DNA of 64,000 nucleotides from Octopus vulgaris. Lineage: Eukaryota. The stretch lies in NCBI GenBank assembly GCA_951406725.2, contig OX597830.1:42036001-42100000 (forward strand), read 5' to 3'. This document shows, in pieces, positions 36,943 through 50,833 of this stretch. A program made the position numbers and the translations under genes. The notes beneath the pieces are model-generated. The model made no database searches. It saw only the letters and a program-made list of their open reading frames with translations, and was not told the origin of the DNA. Positions within the stretch are counted from its first letter, which is position 1. The number at the start of each line of letters is the position of its first letter.

Positions 36943-37679
36943 ACTGTTACTATTGTAATGAGAGTATGTACAGACGTATATATGTATGTATGTAAATATT
37001 TATGTATGCGCGCACATGTTCTTTGTGATTTTAAGTTATTTGAGTTAGTCCTACAAAAAGGAAGCTGGTTTCTAACAAAGAAATAACAACAATGACAAGT
37101 GTTACAAGTTGAACTTAGAAAAGTCTTGCATATTTTTACTCTTCTGCATACAGATCTGTAAGGTGTTTGTTAAGTTGTCTCTCTCTTTGTCTGAAAACTG
37201 TAGCTTCACCAGAAAGGCGTTTTCTAACATTAACAAGTGCACCAGTGACTGCTAGAATGAATGTGAACTTATAATACGAGTATGCAAAGTACAGGCTTCG
37301 AAGTAATTGTCCATAAATATTCTCACTGATTTTGTATATGATTTTCATATCTGCATATGTGTGTGTGTATGTATGTATATATATATATGTGCAGATTTGT
37401 ATGTTTTGTTTTTATGTATGTATTCTCATGCATATACTTGCATATCTAAACATGCTCATATGTATATAAATGCTAAACTTCTGGAAAGTTTTACAGATTT
37501 TTACAGTTCCAATGATGGAATGGATCTGTAGTCTTCGAATTAGCTTTCTCCTTTCTTGTTTTGAGAAACCTAATTTCTCAAGATCGGTATTTAGGCAGTG
37601 TGTTACATATTCAAGGGTTCCAATAATTACAGATATAAACCTGGACAGATATAATTCCAGGATATAGGATGCATTGGAG

Positions 37680-37937
37680 CAGTGGTTGTTAACCATTTAA
37701 ACATTTTTTTATCTATAGACCATTTTTTGTTCTTGTTTTACTTCAGAGGACCCTTATAACTTCTTAATGTATAAAAAAAAATCCATTTTATTTTTATTGT
37801 TAAATATTATTAGGAATTGAATAAAAAAAAATTGTTAGAATATTTTTTATACTGTAGAATTATAAGCAATCTATGGTTCATAAATTTCAACAATAAAATC
37901 TTCTAAGGACCATATGGATTGCAGTTGAGAACCACTG
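37680..37937. mobile_element. hAT-type MITE
   Basis: TIRs CAGTGGTTGTTAAC / GTTGAGAACCACTG. Degenerate 8-bp TSD CATTGGAG / CATTTGAA. Confidence 0.7.
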
Positions 37938-37975
37938 CATTTGAAGAATATAAATTAACCTCATTATCAGACTGT

Positions 37976-38220
37976 GGAGGCACATGGCCTAGTGGTTAGA
38001 ACAGCAGACTCGTGGTCGTGGGTTCGAATCTCAGACCGGGGAGCAAAACACCTAAGCTCCACGCGGCTCCAGCAGAAGGTAATGGTGAACTTGTGCTGAC
38101 TCTTTCCTCCTGCATCTTGCAGCTCACCTGCAACGGACCGGTGTCCCGTCCAGGTGGGGAACCTATACGCCAAGGAAACCAGCCCTTACGAGCCAGGCAT
38201 GGCTCGAGAAGGAACAAACA
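37976..38220 (+). mobile_element. tRNA-derived SINE with family C head and a Meta/V-like 3' domain
   Basis: GGAGGCACATGGCCTAGTGGTTAGA...GGTTCGAATCTC, then CTGCAACGGACCGGTGTCCCGTCCAGG...GGAAACC. Confidence 0.75.
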
Positions 38221-39356
38221 TTATTAAACTGGTACCATATTTCATTACCACAGGAAAGATGTAAAACAAAGCTGAGATTGGCTGGAATTGAACTCACAGC
38301 ATTAAAAATAAAAAGTGCTAGGTATTTTTTGGCCAAACCAATACTCTGGTTGATTTAACCATGAATTGTCTTCAGGTGTCTGCTCTTCCTACCCATGTTT
38401 CCCCAACATCAGGCATGAAGTCAGAATTGTTATTTTTAACACAGCCAAGAATAATGAATGAACATTGTTGTACAACACAATGATTGATGAACGGAGCAAT
38501 GCAGTGTAAAGCACAACCAGACCTGCAAAATGAGGATAATGACTTGGAAAATTTCAATTATTACCACAATAACTGATTCCAGGGATTTAGTTAAACATTC
38601 TATGTATTTATTATATATAGCTATTAGTGAACAATGATGTTGTTGGTCACATGCTCCTAATGAGCCAATCGCTGTGGTTCACAGTATTTCTAACAGTAAG
38701 AGTGACACGGGAGCGTCACAATGTTTCAGTTTGTCACTGCTATTTGTATCAGGCTTCGGCACAATTTCCAGTTATTTTCATCACAAAGTATTGGACAACC
38801 TGAGGCTATGATATACTGTATTTTCTGGCATGTAAATCAAATTTTTCACACAAAAAATTTCATGTGAGATGCAACAGAATTTGGAAAGATAGTGCAAAAG
38901 CTCAGACATCCTCTACTAACTAAATCTACTCTATATACTACATTGACCTGTATATCAGAAAATACAATAAGCCAATGGTCCAAACTGCTGCATAGTGGGA
39001 TTGAAACTGGAACCAGGCAGTTGCGAAGCAAGCTTCCTAGCTATGTAGCCTTGACTGTGTTCTTTTCTTTTATATATATATATATCACCAGTCTTTTATC
39101 CTTATGAAGGTGACAAAGTACCACTGGTGCACTGAATCTCGTTCAATCAATCATATCCCTCATCTAAAAAATTGGTCATGTGATTAGTGAACAGAAATCA
39201 ATATTGCAATACAGGAATTGGTAGAACAACAACAACAATAATTACTCCTTGTATTAACTGTATTGTTTAACATTGATTCCCTGTTGTATGTGGTATGCTT
39301 TTCATTTTCAACCACACCACAAACATCACAGATGACATTTTATATATATATATATA

Positions 39357-39524
39357 GGTGCAGGAGTGGCTGTGTGGTCAGAAGCTTGCTTCCCAAACAC
39401 ATGGTTCTGGGTTCAGCCCCACTGAGAGGCACCTTGGGCAAGTGTCTTCTACAATAGCCTCAGGCCGACCGAAGCCTTCTGAGTGGATTTGGTAGATGAA
39501 AACTGAAAGAAACCCATTGTGTAT

Positions 39525-39570
<46 letters not shown>

Positions 39571-39798
39571 CACACACACATACACAAAGGGCTTCTTTCA
39601 TATATATATGTATGTATGTATGTATATGTTTGTATGGCTGAGTTTGTTCCACCCCCGACTGTTGCTTGACAACTGAAGTTGGTGTGTTTATGTCCCCATA
39701 ACTTAGCAGTTCAGCAAAAGAACTGGTAGAATAAGTACTAGGCTTACAAAGAATAAGTTCTTGGGTTTGATTTCTTTGACAAAAGGCGATGCTCCATG
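39357..39798 (+). mobile_element. SINE family A, full length with expanded central (TA)n/(CA)n
   Basis: Reference-quality copy: A/B box head, CACCTTGGGCAAGTGTCTT, and AGAATAAGTACTAGGCTTACAAAGAATAAG tail. Confidence 0.9.
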
Positions 39799-40076
39799 GC
39801 TAAGGTGTTGCACTCACGACTAAGAGATTGTGGGTTCGATTCCCAGACCAGGCGTTGCACTGTGTTCTTGAGCAAAGCACTTTGTTTCACGTTGCTCTGT
39901 GATCATTTCCTCATCTGACATGTGGCACCTGTTGCACCTATACAGGTAATGTCGATCTGATGGAGGGAGTGAGCTTATGTCTACACAAACATTTGATCAC
40001 TATAAACAAATCATCTGTATAGTTGTTCGGTAAGAAATTGTGAAACCCTCATACATCATCTGATGATGGGAGAGTC

Positions 40077-40078
<2 letters not shown>
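39793..40078 (+). mobile_element. tRNA-derived SINE, family E body with another tail
   Basis: GGGTTCGATTCCCAGACC (B box)...TGTGTTCTTGAGCAAAGCACTTTGTTTCACGTTGCT. Confidence 0.7.
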
Positions 40079-40113
<35 letters not shown>

Positions 40114-40121
40114 TGTATATA

Positions 40122-40379
40122 TAGGTGCAGGCATGGGTGTGTGGGAAAAAGCTTGCTTCCCATCTGCATGGTCTTAGGTTCAGTCCCAATGTGTGATACC
40201 TTCAGTAAATGTCCTCTGCTATTGCTCCAGGCTGACCAAAGCTTTGTGAGTGGATCTGGTGGTTGACAGAAATTGCGTGGAAGCTTTCGTGTGTGTGTGT
40301 GTGTGTGTTTTGCACCCCCCCACTTCCCCATCCGTCATAACTGGCGTTGGTCTCCTTATGTTACTTTAACTTAGTAGAG

Positions 40380-40444
<65 letters not shown>

Positions 40445-40560
40445 AAGAAAGAGAAAGTACCAGACTTAGAAAAACAAAAAGCAAAAAAAAATGTACTGGC
40501 ATCAAATTTCTTTGACTAAAACCCCTTAAGCTGATCCAATAACTGAAAGAAGTAAAAAAA
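40122..40560 (+). mobile_element. SINE family A, decayed
   Basis: GGTGCAGGCATGGGTGTGTGG...GGTTCAGTCCC...ACTGAAAGAAGTAAAA. Confidence 0.75.
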
Positions 40561-41171
40561 GAAAAAAAATAGCGCCAAAATTAGTTACCACTGAAGGTAA
40601 AAGTTCTTCTAAGAGGTGCAGGAGACATTTCAATGGCACCAGATATTGTAACACCATTTCCAGGGATAATTTTCAAGGCAAGTGTGCATTGAACTGAATT
40701 TAAAGAAGCAAGAAAGATATTATCAAAGAAAAGGCCATAGCACCATCTTTAGTATCTGTTGTTGTTGTTGTTATTATTATTATTATTATTATTATGGAGT
40801 CAAATGTGTGTGTGTGTGTGCGGTGAAGTTATTAATATCAATATCAATACATTAAGCAACACCATTGAAGTGAAATAATAGTTTCTATACTTTTGGTTTG
40901 GCACTGCTGAATTGAGTCAAAGACTATATAATACAAGTCAGCAGAAAAAAAAGAAAAATGCGATATCCATAACAGTAAAGAAATAAGACCTCCCCCAAAC
41001 AGTAACCCTTGTGTTTAAAATCTCTCTAACAAAAAGAAGAAAGGTTGTTTGGCTATGGACTACATTGATCTTTTCATGTGGTTTAGCCAAAAGGTTTGCT
41101 CAAATCAAGTAAACTTATGAACTAAAGGTAGCCTAGCCATGACCATCTCAATGGTTTTCTTTCTTTTTGTC

Positions 41172-41510
41172 AGACATGACTGTGTGGTTAAGATGGTTTC
41201 AAGTTCAGTTCCACTGCATGGCACTTTGGGCAAGTGCCTTCTACTCTACCTAACCCCAGGCTGATCAATGCCCAGTGAGAGAATTTGGTAGATGGAAACT
41301 GTGGAAGTTTGTTGTATGTGTGTGTGTCTTTGTACCCCACCCTCACTACTTGACAACTGGCATTGGTTTGTTTACATCCCTGTAACTAAGCAGTTCAGCA
41401 AAAAAGTCCAACAGAATAAGTACCAGAGTTTAAAAAAATAAGCATTGGGGTTGATTTGTTTGAGTAAAATCCTTTAAGGCAAAGCCAATGACTGAAACAA
41501 GTAAAAGAGA
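41172..41510 (+). mobile_element. SINE family A
   Basis: CATGACTGTGTGGTTAAGA...TTGGGCAAGTGCCTT...GACTGAAACAAGTAAAAGAG. Confidence 0.8.
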
Positions 41511-42152
41511 GTGGTGTACCAAAGACTATACCATTCAGTGTGTTCTAATGTTCCTCTTGAGTCATTGCAAATGAATATGTGCAATAAAGACAGGAGTAGA
41601 GAAGAAGCTCCAGAGGGATACCATTCAGGGAAGGATTGAGCATAATTTTTAGAGAAGAAGAGAGACAAGGGTAAGAAATGCCTGATTGAGATGGTGCAAA
41701 CCTCAGCCAGGTCTGAAGATAATAAGTTGTAATTTTGAGGGAGTTTGGGCTGAGGTTTCTAGCAAGTCAAGAGACCATGCAGAGGCACCTTCATTGGCTT
41801 TAGAGGTTCCTGTGGAATATTATTCCAAACTTACTGTAATAGCATGTAAACATTTGTTTTTCAATTTCTAAGACAGGCAGAAAGCCAGAAATTTTAGGTC
41901 AGTAGAATAGTAGGATGCACTAACTCCGGTACTTGACCGGTACTTAATTCTGTTGACCCCTGAAAGATAAAAAATGAAGTCAACCTTAATGGGATTTGAG
42001 GTCATAGAGAACCAGAAGAAATGCTCCAAAGTATTTCATCCTATCTAATAATTCTGCTAATCCATTATTTAATAAACAAGGTAAAAATACAGGTCACTAT
42101 TTATCTTGGTAAGAGCCTTCCAGATACAAAAAAAAGTGAGCAAATTGAGAAA

Positions 42153-42460
42153 CATCATCATCATCGTTTAACGTCCATTTTCCATGCATGCATGGGCAGG
42201 ACAGTTGACAGGAGCCAGTCAGGTAGAAGACTACCCCAGGCTACTGTGTCTGTTTTAACACAGTTTTACAACTGGATGTCCTTCCCAACACCAACCACCC
42301 CACAGAGTGGACTCAATGCTTTTGATGTGTGACTAGCACAGGCAAGGTTAGTTGTGGCATGATTTTTACAGCTGGATGCCCTTCCAAATGCCAACTACTC
42401 TACAGTGTGGACTGGATGCTTTTTATGTGGCACCAATAGGGTCACCAAGTAACTTGCAAG
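42153..42460 (-). mobile_element. SINE family D with internal duplication
   Basis: (CAT)n-CGTTTAACGTCCATTTTCCATGC; TTTTACA(A/G)CTGGATG occurs twice. Confidence 0.75.
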
Positions 42461-43664
42461 ACAAAGAATTTTGAGAGGGGTCGGGGCAATGGAGGAGGGG
42501 ATCTTGTGTTGGATGATGAAAGGTGAGATTGTGACAGAGAAGCAGAATTATTAAAATGAAAAAGTCTTCTGCAGCTGAATGGTTCAGACCTTATTGCACT
42601 TTTGTGATTTTTCCGCCTCAATGAACCCTGGGAGCTATGCCAACAGAGTGCAAGCTTCTGGTAGGGTCTCTCATACTGAACAGGTTGAAGGATGGAAGCC
42701 AGATGAATATGGACCTTCCCAGAAGTAAAGGTGAGTAAAATCCTTATCTAGAAAAAATGCAAATTGACAGAAGCACCAAAGACAATTCAAAACCAACAAG
42801 ACCTGGGATAAGAGATCAGATTGGATACCGCTTGTGTGTAGGTGTTACTCACTTACAGCTATCATGTGATGTCAGGATAAAGAGATACAGACATATACAC
42901 TCATCCAAAGCTGTGCACACACACACTGATAAACTTATTTCAGTTTGTCAATGAAATCTATTCACAAAGCTTAGTTTGGCCTGAGGCAATAAACAGTCAA
43001 AGACACTTGCCCAAGGTACCGCCACACAGTGGGACTGAAACCACACAGCCTGTACCGCTACATACAGACACACACACACACACATGAAAAGCTTCTTTCA
43101 ATTCCTGTCTATCAAATTCAATCAAAGACTTTGGTTGGTCTGAGGCTACACTGGAAATCATTTATTTATTCAAAGTGCCAAGCAGAGGCATTGAACATGA
43201 AACTATGTGATTGTGGAGCAAACGTTTTACTCACACAACCAAGCCTGCACACACACTCACACACACATACTTGCGTATATATATACATACAAGCACATAT
43301 ACTTATGTATATACATATATACATACAAACACACACATACATATAAACACACACACAAACACTTGTGCTGGTAAGTTATTTAATCAAGCTTGAGGGAGAG
43401 ATCTGAACTTAAAAAGGTAGTTGGATAAAACTAAATACTGACAGGGTATTTCTTTCTTTCTTTATTTCTCTATAGTCTGCTGCTCTGCTGTTTCTGCCAG
43501 CTCCTGCTACATCTATCTACAACTTACTGCAAATATTAAGCGATCAAAGGATGAGGATAAAATAATATATACACTAGAACATTTATTTTTATAGCCTGCT
43601 GTGTTTGATTGACTAATAAAAGTTGATTCTGCAGGGCAAGAAGCTGTTTGGAATTAAAGCAATT

Positions 43665-43714
<50 letters not shown>

Positions 43715-43980
43715 TAGATAGATAGATGTATGTAATTTTGTTGTTGTTGTTCTTTCCTTTTTGTTATTTTAATTTTGGGTTCAGGCTTAGCTAAATATCG
43801 CATATGAAATTCAGTTATATAGCCATGTATTAATGGATGGACGTAACTTGCACAAAAAGGTCATTAGAGCTAGTTAGACCTCATATAACTAGATGGTAGG
43901 CATTCATTTTGTGTTGATTGTGGTGTAGTAAGGAAGGAGATGGCTTAGCCTGGAGATAAGCACATACTTAGCTCCAGCTA

Positions 43981-44028
<48 letters not shown>

Positions 44029-44036
44029 TGATGATA

Positions 44037-44640
44037 ACCTTTTCTCCACATGGCACAAAGCCTGAAATTTTTGAGGAGGGGGGGCAGTTGATTAGATCGA
44101 CCCCAGTACGCAACTGGTAGTTAATTTACTGCCCCCCCCCCCAAAAAAAAAGGATGAAAGGCAAAGTCAACCATGGCAGAATTTGAACTCAGAATGTAAA
44201 GACAGACAAAATACCGCTAAGCATTTTGCCCAGCGTGCTAAAATTTCTGCCAGCTCACTGCCTTTAACAATAACAACAATTGTTTCAAATCTTGGCTCAA
44301 GGCCAGCAATTTCAGGTGAGGGGTTAAACTGATTACATTGACCCCAGTGGTCAACTGGTAATTATTTTCTCGACCTCAAAAGGATGAAAAGCAAAGCCAA
44401 CTTCAGCAGAATTTGAACTCAGAATGTAGTAAAGGCAGACAAAAATTGCCACAAAGCAGATTCCTCAGTGTGCTACCGATTCTGTCAGCTTGTTGTTTCA
44501 AATTTTGACACAAGGCCAGTACCGTTAAGACTAAGGGGATTCATTGATTACATCAACCCCAGTATCTAACTGGTACTTTATTTCATTGACCTCGGAAGGA
44601 TTTGCACTCAAAATGTGAAGAATTGGAACGAATACTACAA
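44037..44640 (-). mobile_element. head-to-tail array of three SINE family B copies after a long (AAT)n
   Basis: Signatures at about 44052, 44294 and 44508. Confidence 0.85.
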
Positions 44641-45006
44641 AATAATGAAGAAGGTAAAAAGAGAGAAAACAGAAAGCTTTGGTATTACAATGCTTGAAGT
44701 GAACTACAATGCTCTTACTACAAAATAGTGTTTTGATTAAATGTCACAAGGCATTTAGTGAAAAACTGTCACCTTATCCTGTTTAATATCCACCATTTGT
44801 GCTTATTATCCATGGCCTCTACTTAATAATCCAGATTCCTTTGTTTGAAGATTTCTCATACTTGTATCCATTTCATAAATTCTTCGAGAGATAATTAAGG
44901 GAGATGAGAAGCTAAGTTTGAAGATTTTGGAGATACCAAAATACAAAAAAAAATGAAGTCTCTTTTGGTGTGTAACACAGGGACACACACACACACACAC
45001 CTTATC

Positions 45007-45605
45007 TTCATCATCATCGTTTAACGTTTGTTTTCCATGCTGGCATGGGTTGGACAGATTGACCGAGGACTGGCAAGTAAGAAGGCTGTACCAAGCTCCA
45101 ATCTGATCTGGCAAGGTTTCTACAGCTGGATGCCCTTGCTAATGCCAACCGCTCCAAGAGTATAGTGGGTGCTTTTTACATGCCATTGACACAGGAGCCA
45201 GTCAGGGGGAACTGGAATCAGTCACGTTCGGATGGTGCTTTTAGTTATTTCAGCAAGTGAATTATGGCCATGTTGGGGCAGCCCCTCCAAGGGTTTTAGT
45301 TGGACAAATCAACCCTAGTACTTATTTCTTAAATTTAGTTCTTATTCTATTGGTCTCTTTTGCTGAACTGCTAAGTTATGGGGATGTAAAACAAACTGAC
45401 ACCAGTTGTCAAGTGTTGTGGGAAGCAACACAAACACACACATATGATGGGCTTCCACACCGTTTCCATTTACCAAATTCACTCACAAAGCATTGGTTGG
45501 TCCAGGGCTATAATAGAAGATATCCACCCACGGTGCCATACAATGGAACTGAACCCAGACCCACATGGTTGTAAAGCGAGCTTCTTAACCTGTCAGCCAT
45601 GCTTG
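45007..45605 (-). mobile_element. SINE family D (45007-45243) abutting SINE family A (45245-45605)
   Basis: Family signatures as described above. Confidence 0.8.
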
Positions 45606-47171
45606 ACTGCATGCACACACACACACACACACTTGTGCTCTAAGAGAAAACTTGTGGAAAATTATGTGCAAAGGAGGCAACTGAAGAAAACACACATGGG
45701 ATCTATGCAAACTATTAAAACTTATTGGCAGAAAGAAATGTGTAGAGGAAATGTTCGAAGGTGAAAAGAGAAAAAAAGATTTAAGTGGTTTCACTGAGAA
45801 AAAGATTGAAGCAATGGTGATTGAAGATTTCTTAATATCACATATCACATTATACAGAATAGCGAAGACATTAATAAGAAGGTTGGGTGGGGAGGTGCAC
45901 TGAGAATTGCTCTATATTGTCCTGTATGACAAGTCACCATCAGACAATAGATGCTGAAGATGAAAAACGAGGGTTGGTTCTCCAATTCATTGCTCCTTTC
46001 TTTTGATTATGCAGAAAGGAATGTGTCAAGGCAAATTTGTCCTTGGATTGTAAATGAGAGAGAAAAATAAACTATCCACATGATCTAAGGAATCTTTACT
46101 GAAATATACAAATTTGACCTTGCAAACAGATATGAGAGAGTGTACCAAAAAAAAAAAAAAGAAAAAAAAAGAAAAAACATTTTGATAAATGTCATCATCA
46201 TCTCCATCATCATTTAGCATCCATTCATTTTTTTTTTTTCCATGCTAGCATGGAACAGACAGATTTTGCTGAGTCATATCAGCTATGGTTGGATGCCCTT
46301 CCTGTCGCCAACCCAACCTGTTTCCAGATATGTTATCCATGGAAGACTGGAAATGAACAACATTGTTTGAATGACAATGATGCTCATTTATAAGCATCAC
46401 ATGATGTCTAGACCAGGGTACAAACAAGCACACACACACACACACACACACAAAGGGCTTCTTTCAGTTTCCATCTACCAGATCCACTCACAAGTCTCTG
46501 GTCAGTCTGGAGCAATAATAGAAGACACCTGTCGAAGGTGCGGCACAAGGTTACATGGCTTGGAAGCAAACTTCCTAACCACATTCCCATGCCTACACCT
46601 ATGTGAGTCTATTAAATTAGCATTTCCATAAAGGACAGCGAGTAAAACTAGAAATGCAGTTTTCAAAATAATCAGAGCACCTTGAAGTGCTTCAGTCTTT
46701 CTACCCCAACAACCACTACCCACCCCTATTCCTTAACCAAAGCAAACTGAACTTTCCTTAATGTGGAATTGTCAAAATAGCAAGTAGGTAAGTGGTTAAC
46801 AGAACGAAGAAAGTTCACAAGTTTTCCCATTTTTGTGGAGCCTACAAAGATTTAGAAGCAAACCAATAAAAGAAAAACGTTTGTTTTCGAGTTGAATATG
46901 TGAGGATTGCAGACAAAAAAAAAAAGGAAAGAAATGAAGAAAGAGAGACAGAAAGGAAACCCTATTGACAAAACAAAACTAACCAGAGTTCTATGAAAGA
47001 TGAATGTAAGTTGAAATAACAGTATAGGTATTGTTTGATAGTGTGTAGAACAGACCACTGCACTGGTATGGATGGTAAAAAAAAAAAGGATAAATAGCTG
47101 ATCATGTTCCACACTAAATGTGATTGTATGACCTTTCATGATCGATCAACTGTGTTTATGTGTGTATGTGT

Positions 47172-47193
47172 ATAGATAAATGGAAAGATAGAT

Positions 47194-47232
<39 letters not shown>

Positions 47233-47550
47233 ATTGATAAGATAGATAGATAAGATAGATAGTTAGATAAGATAGATAGATAGATAGATAGATAGATAAG
47301 ATAGATAGATAAGATAGATAGATAGATAGATAGATAGATAAATGGAAAGATAGATAGATAGATAGATAGATAAGATAGATAAGATAGATAGATAGATAGA
47401 TAGATAAGATAGATAGATAGATAGATAGATAAATGGAAAGATAGATAGATAGATAGATAAATGGAAAGATAAGATAGATAGATAGATAGATAAGATAGAT
47501 AAGATAGATAGATAGATAGATAGCTAGCTAGATAGATAGATAGATAAATG
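47172..47550. repeat. compound (GATA)n satellite
   Basis: GATA runs punctuated by GATAA and AAATGGAAA. Confidence 0.95.
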
Positions 47551-48282
47551 GCCAGTGTAGTGTGTGTATGTGAGCAAGGAAGGAGAGTTTGAAGGTGAAA
47601 TATTTATGTCTTTTTTTTTTGCCAAGTAACGTACACAAGTGGAGTCAGTGAAACAGTTAAATGCAGTATCAAAGCTGAGCCTCAGGTTGAATTTATTAGA
47701 AACCTAACCCTTCCACCCATCACCACCATCGCTCCCACTCTCACATACTCTGCTCGTCATTCATGTAAACAACAGATATAGCCTGCATCATGGTATTATT
47801 ATAAAATGGCAATGGATTGATGAACTAAGCCCTTAGGTTCCATCTACAAGAGCAAACTATATTCTTTTTTTAAAGATATGGTGCAGTCCTTGTTATAAAC
47901 GGGGTTGTTGAGGTACATAAAATGTCATTGGCAAAAGGTAACAAAAAAAAAAAAAAAAAAGCAGGGGTCATGCTATATCAGGTTTCAAGAAACTCTGGGA
48001 AAAATTTAAAAAAAAATTTTTAAATAATATAGACACAGGCTTGGCTGAGGGATTAAGAAGCTTGCTTTGCAACCACATGGTTTCAGGTTCAATCTCAGTG
48101 TATAGCACCTTGGATTTTCTACAAGAGTCACAGGCCAAACAATGCTTTATGAATGAATTTGGAAGATGAAAACTGTGGAAGCCCATCATATATATGTATA
48201 TGTGTGTATATATATCATGATCTCGTGATCGATCAGACAATCGAATCATCATAATGTACTTTGCATTGTTGCAACTCGGGAG

Positions 48283-48436
48283 CACTAGTGTAACTGAGGG
48301 GGCAGGAGGAGCACTCCACCCCAGGCAGTACGTTTCATCTTGTAGGCTATTGCTGTAGGCAATGTGTTTTTTCATGGGGTCTGGGGGTGGCAGATGGAAG
48401 GGCCACCTCAGGCAGCACACTCTAGCTACGCTAGTG
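48283..48436. mobile_element. MITE with 8-bp TSD (hAT-like)
   Basis: TIRs CACTAGTGTAACT / AGCTACGCTAGTG. Perfect TSD CTCGGGAG at 48275-48282 and 48437-48444. Confidence 0.85.
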
Positions 48437-48560
48437 CTCGGGAGGAATAAATACCACAAGGTATTTTTGTTCAAAAGTAGGATTCTTTTGTTTGCTTTCC
48501 TTGCCAATATTTACATCTTGTTTCCACACACACACACACATTCACATACTACTTACATAT

Positions 48561-48882
48561 CGTGGCACTCTGTTGGTTACGACAACAAGGGTTCCAATTG
48601 ATTCGATCAACGGAACAGCCTGCTCATGAAATTAACAAGCAAGTGGCTGAGTACTCCACAGACACATGTATCCTTTTTGGTGGAGAGCTTGCACAATCAT
48701 TAGCCTGCCAGACAAAATGCTTAACAGTATTGAATGTCCTGAGTTCAAATTCTATGGTTGTCAACTTTCCCTTTCATCCTTTCAAGGTTGATAAAATAAG
48801 GACCATTTGCGCACTGAGATTAATGTAATCAACTAGCTCCCTCTCCCAAAATTTCAGGCTTTGTGCCTATATTAGAAAACTA

Positions 48883-48928
<46 letters not shown>

Positions 48929-49240
48929 GAAGGTAGTGAGCTGGCAGAAATGTTAGCACTCCAGGAGAAATGCTTAGCAGTAGTTCTCGGGGAGATTCAG
49001 CGTGACACAGTGTGACAAGGCTGGCCCTAGGAAATACAGGTACAACAGAAACAGAAAGAAAGAGTGAGAGATTGTTGTGGTGAAAGAGTACAGCAGGGTT
49101 CACTACCACACCTTGCTGGAACCTCGTGGAGCTTTAGGTATTTTCGTTCAATTAACACTCACAAGGCCCGGTCTGGGAATTGAAACGGCGATCCTGTGAC
49201 CACGAGTCTGCTGCCCTAACCACTGGGCCATTGTGCTTCC
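48561..49240 (-). mobile_element. SINE family C split by nested + strand family B copies
   Basis: C tail 48561-48672, B 48680-48885, (ATT)n, B head 48928-48980, then C resumes at TAGTTCTCGGGGAGATTCAGC through to 49240. Confidence 0.85.
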
Positions 49241-49279
49241 ACACAACTACTTACATATATACATACACACACACATACA

Positions 49280-49565
49280 AGACTCTACTCATTACCTATA
49301 AAAGAGCCAACAATACTCATCCTATAAAAATGAGCCTATCCCTTAAAAGTGAACCACCTATGCATGTCCCCTATAAGTAGTTCACCTCCACTCATCCCCT
49401 ATAAAGAAGTCAACTGCACTCATTCCTTAGGTGAACCACCTGTACTCATTTCCTATGTGATTCACCTATACTCATCCCTTAGGCAAACTACCTCCACTCA
49501 TTCCCTATAAAGAATTCACCTCCACTCACCCCAATAAACATATCACTTCTACTCATCCCTTATGT
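49280..49565. repeat. degenerate minisatellite, ~27-30-bp unit
   Basis: About 10 recurrences of CACCT(C/A)(C/T)ACTCAT(C/T)CCTA. Confidence 0.8.
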
Positions 49566-50793
49566 GTCAACTTCTGAAAATGTGAAAAATTATAATTTAT
49601 TTAAAGAGAAGTGGATGGTAGAATTTATAAAATGGCAGATTAATTATTTTAGTTAATTAATTATTTAATGTTTCTGACTAGTGAGTTCAAATCGTACCGA
49701 GGTTGAATTTGCCTTTTATCCTTCTGGGATTGATAAAATAAAGTGCCCCAGTCAAGTGCTAAGAAGGGTTTTGTATACTAAAACACCCCCACCCTTCCAC
49801 TCACCTCACCCCCAAAATTGTCGGCATTGTGCCAAAAATTTGAAACCATCACCACCATCACTAGTAATAGTAGTATGAAAAAGCCTGTAAAGTAGCAGAG
49901 TTGGTATAACATTGAACAAAATAAACTTGTAGCATACAAGTGGAGGAATGACCCTTTACATTCTGAGTTCAAATTCTATAGAGAACAACTTTACCTTTCG
50001 TCCTTCAGCTGTTGATAAAATAAAAAAGAACCAATCACATTCAGGGATTTATTTTAATTAATTACCCACTGCTTTATCTGCAAAACTTTGTGACCTTATG
50101 CATAAATTAAAAATCAACCAAGAGGCTTTTAGCCAGGGCATTTCACACCAACCACCAAAAATTCCAGGTTTGGCTTAGAAATCCTGGTTTAGAATAAAGT
50201 CTACTGACATGGTAAGACCATTGGCTGAGGCTGTCCAAGATGTGGATAGTTGTGGTGAAACCATTTCATTCACAGTTGTCCACTGTGACTTGAGGAATCA
50301 TGTTGCCACATGTAGTGAATTTATTGAAAGATAGGTGAAAGTGATCAGAAAAGCCCACATGAATGAGCCTACCCAGAGCATGTGCTTGTAGGCCAGAGAA
50401 CAAAGCTGGGAGTGAGCACTTGCTCTTAGTAGTCAGGGCAATTCCCAGATGTGTGGGGTTGTATGACTAATCAACCCTAGAAAGCTGATCTCCATAAGGC
50501 CACCCAATTTTATACCATTTACTTTTCATGTATGTTCTCTTCCCCCCACCCCACCCTAATCGATTCTGTGAAAACTGAATTTTTTCTTGAATGTCTTCTC
50601 GTCTATCATCCTTGTGGCAAATAAAATTGTTATTATTATTATTATTATTATTATTGAAGATATTTTCAAATGACTTCATTAGAGTTCATTTATTAACACT
50701 GGTATGCGTTTCTTCAATAGCATCAATCAACAAAGGCTGCTTCTAACCTGTTACAAGTAGCAACCAAGTTAAAAACACATTTCTCTCTCTCTT

Positions 50794-50833
<40 letters not shown>

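Noticed and set aside
42620-42830. Possible RTE LINE 5' fragment
   Set aside because: Only a vague resemblance, with no translatable endonuclease motif.
45640-45764. Integrase zinc-finger-like peptide THMG...YW
   Set aside because: The similarity is too short, and there is no CxxC or downstream core domain.
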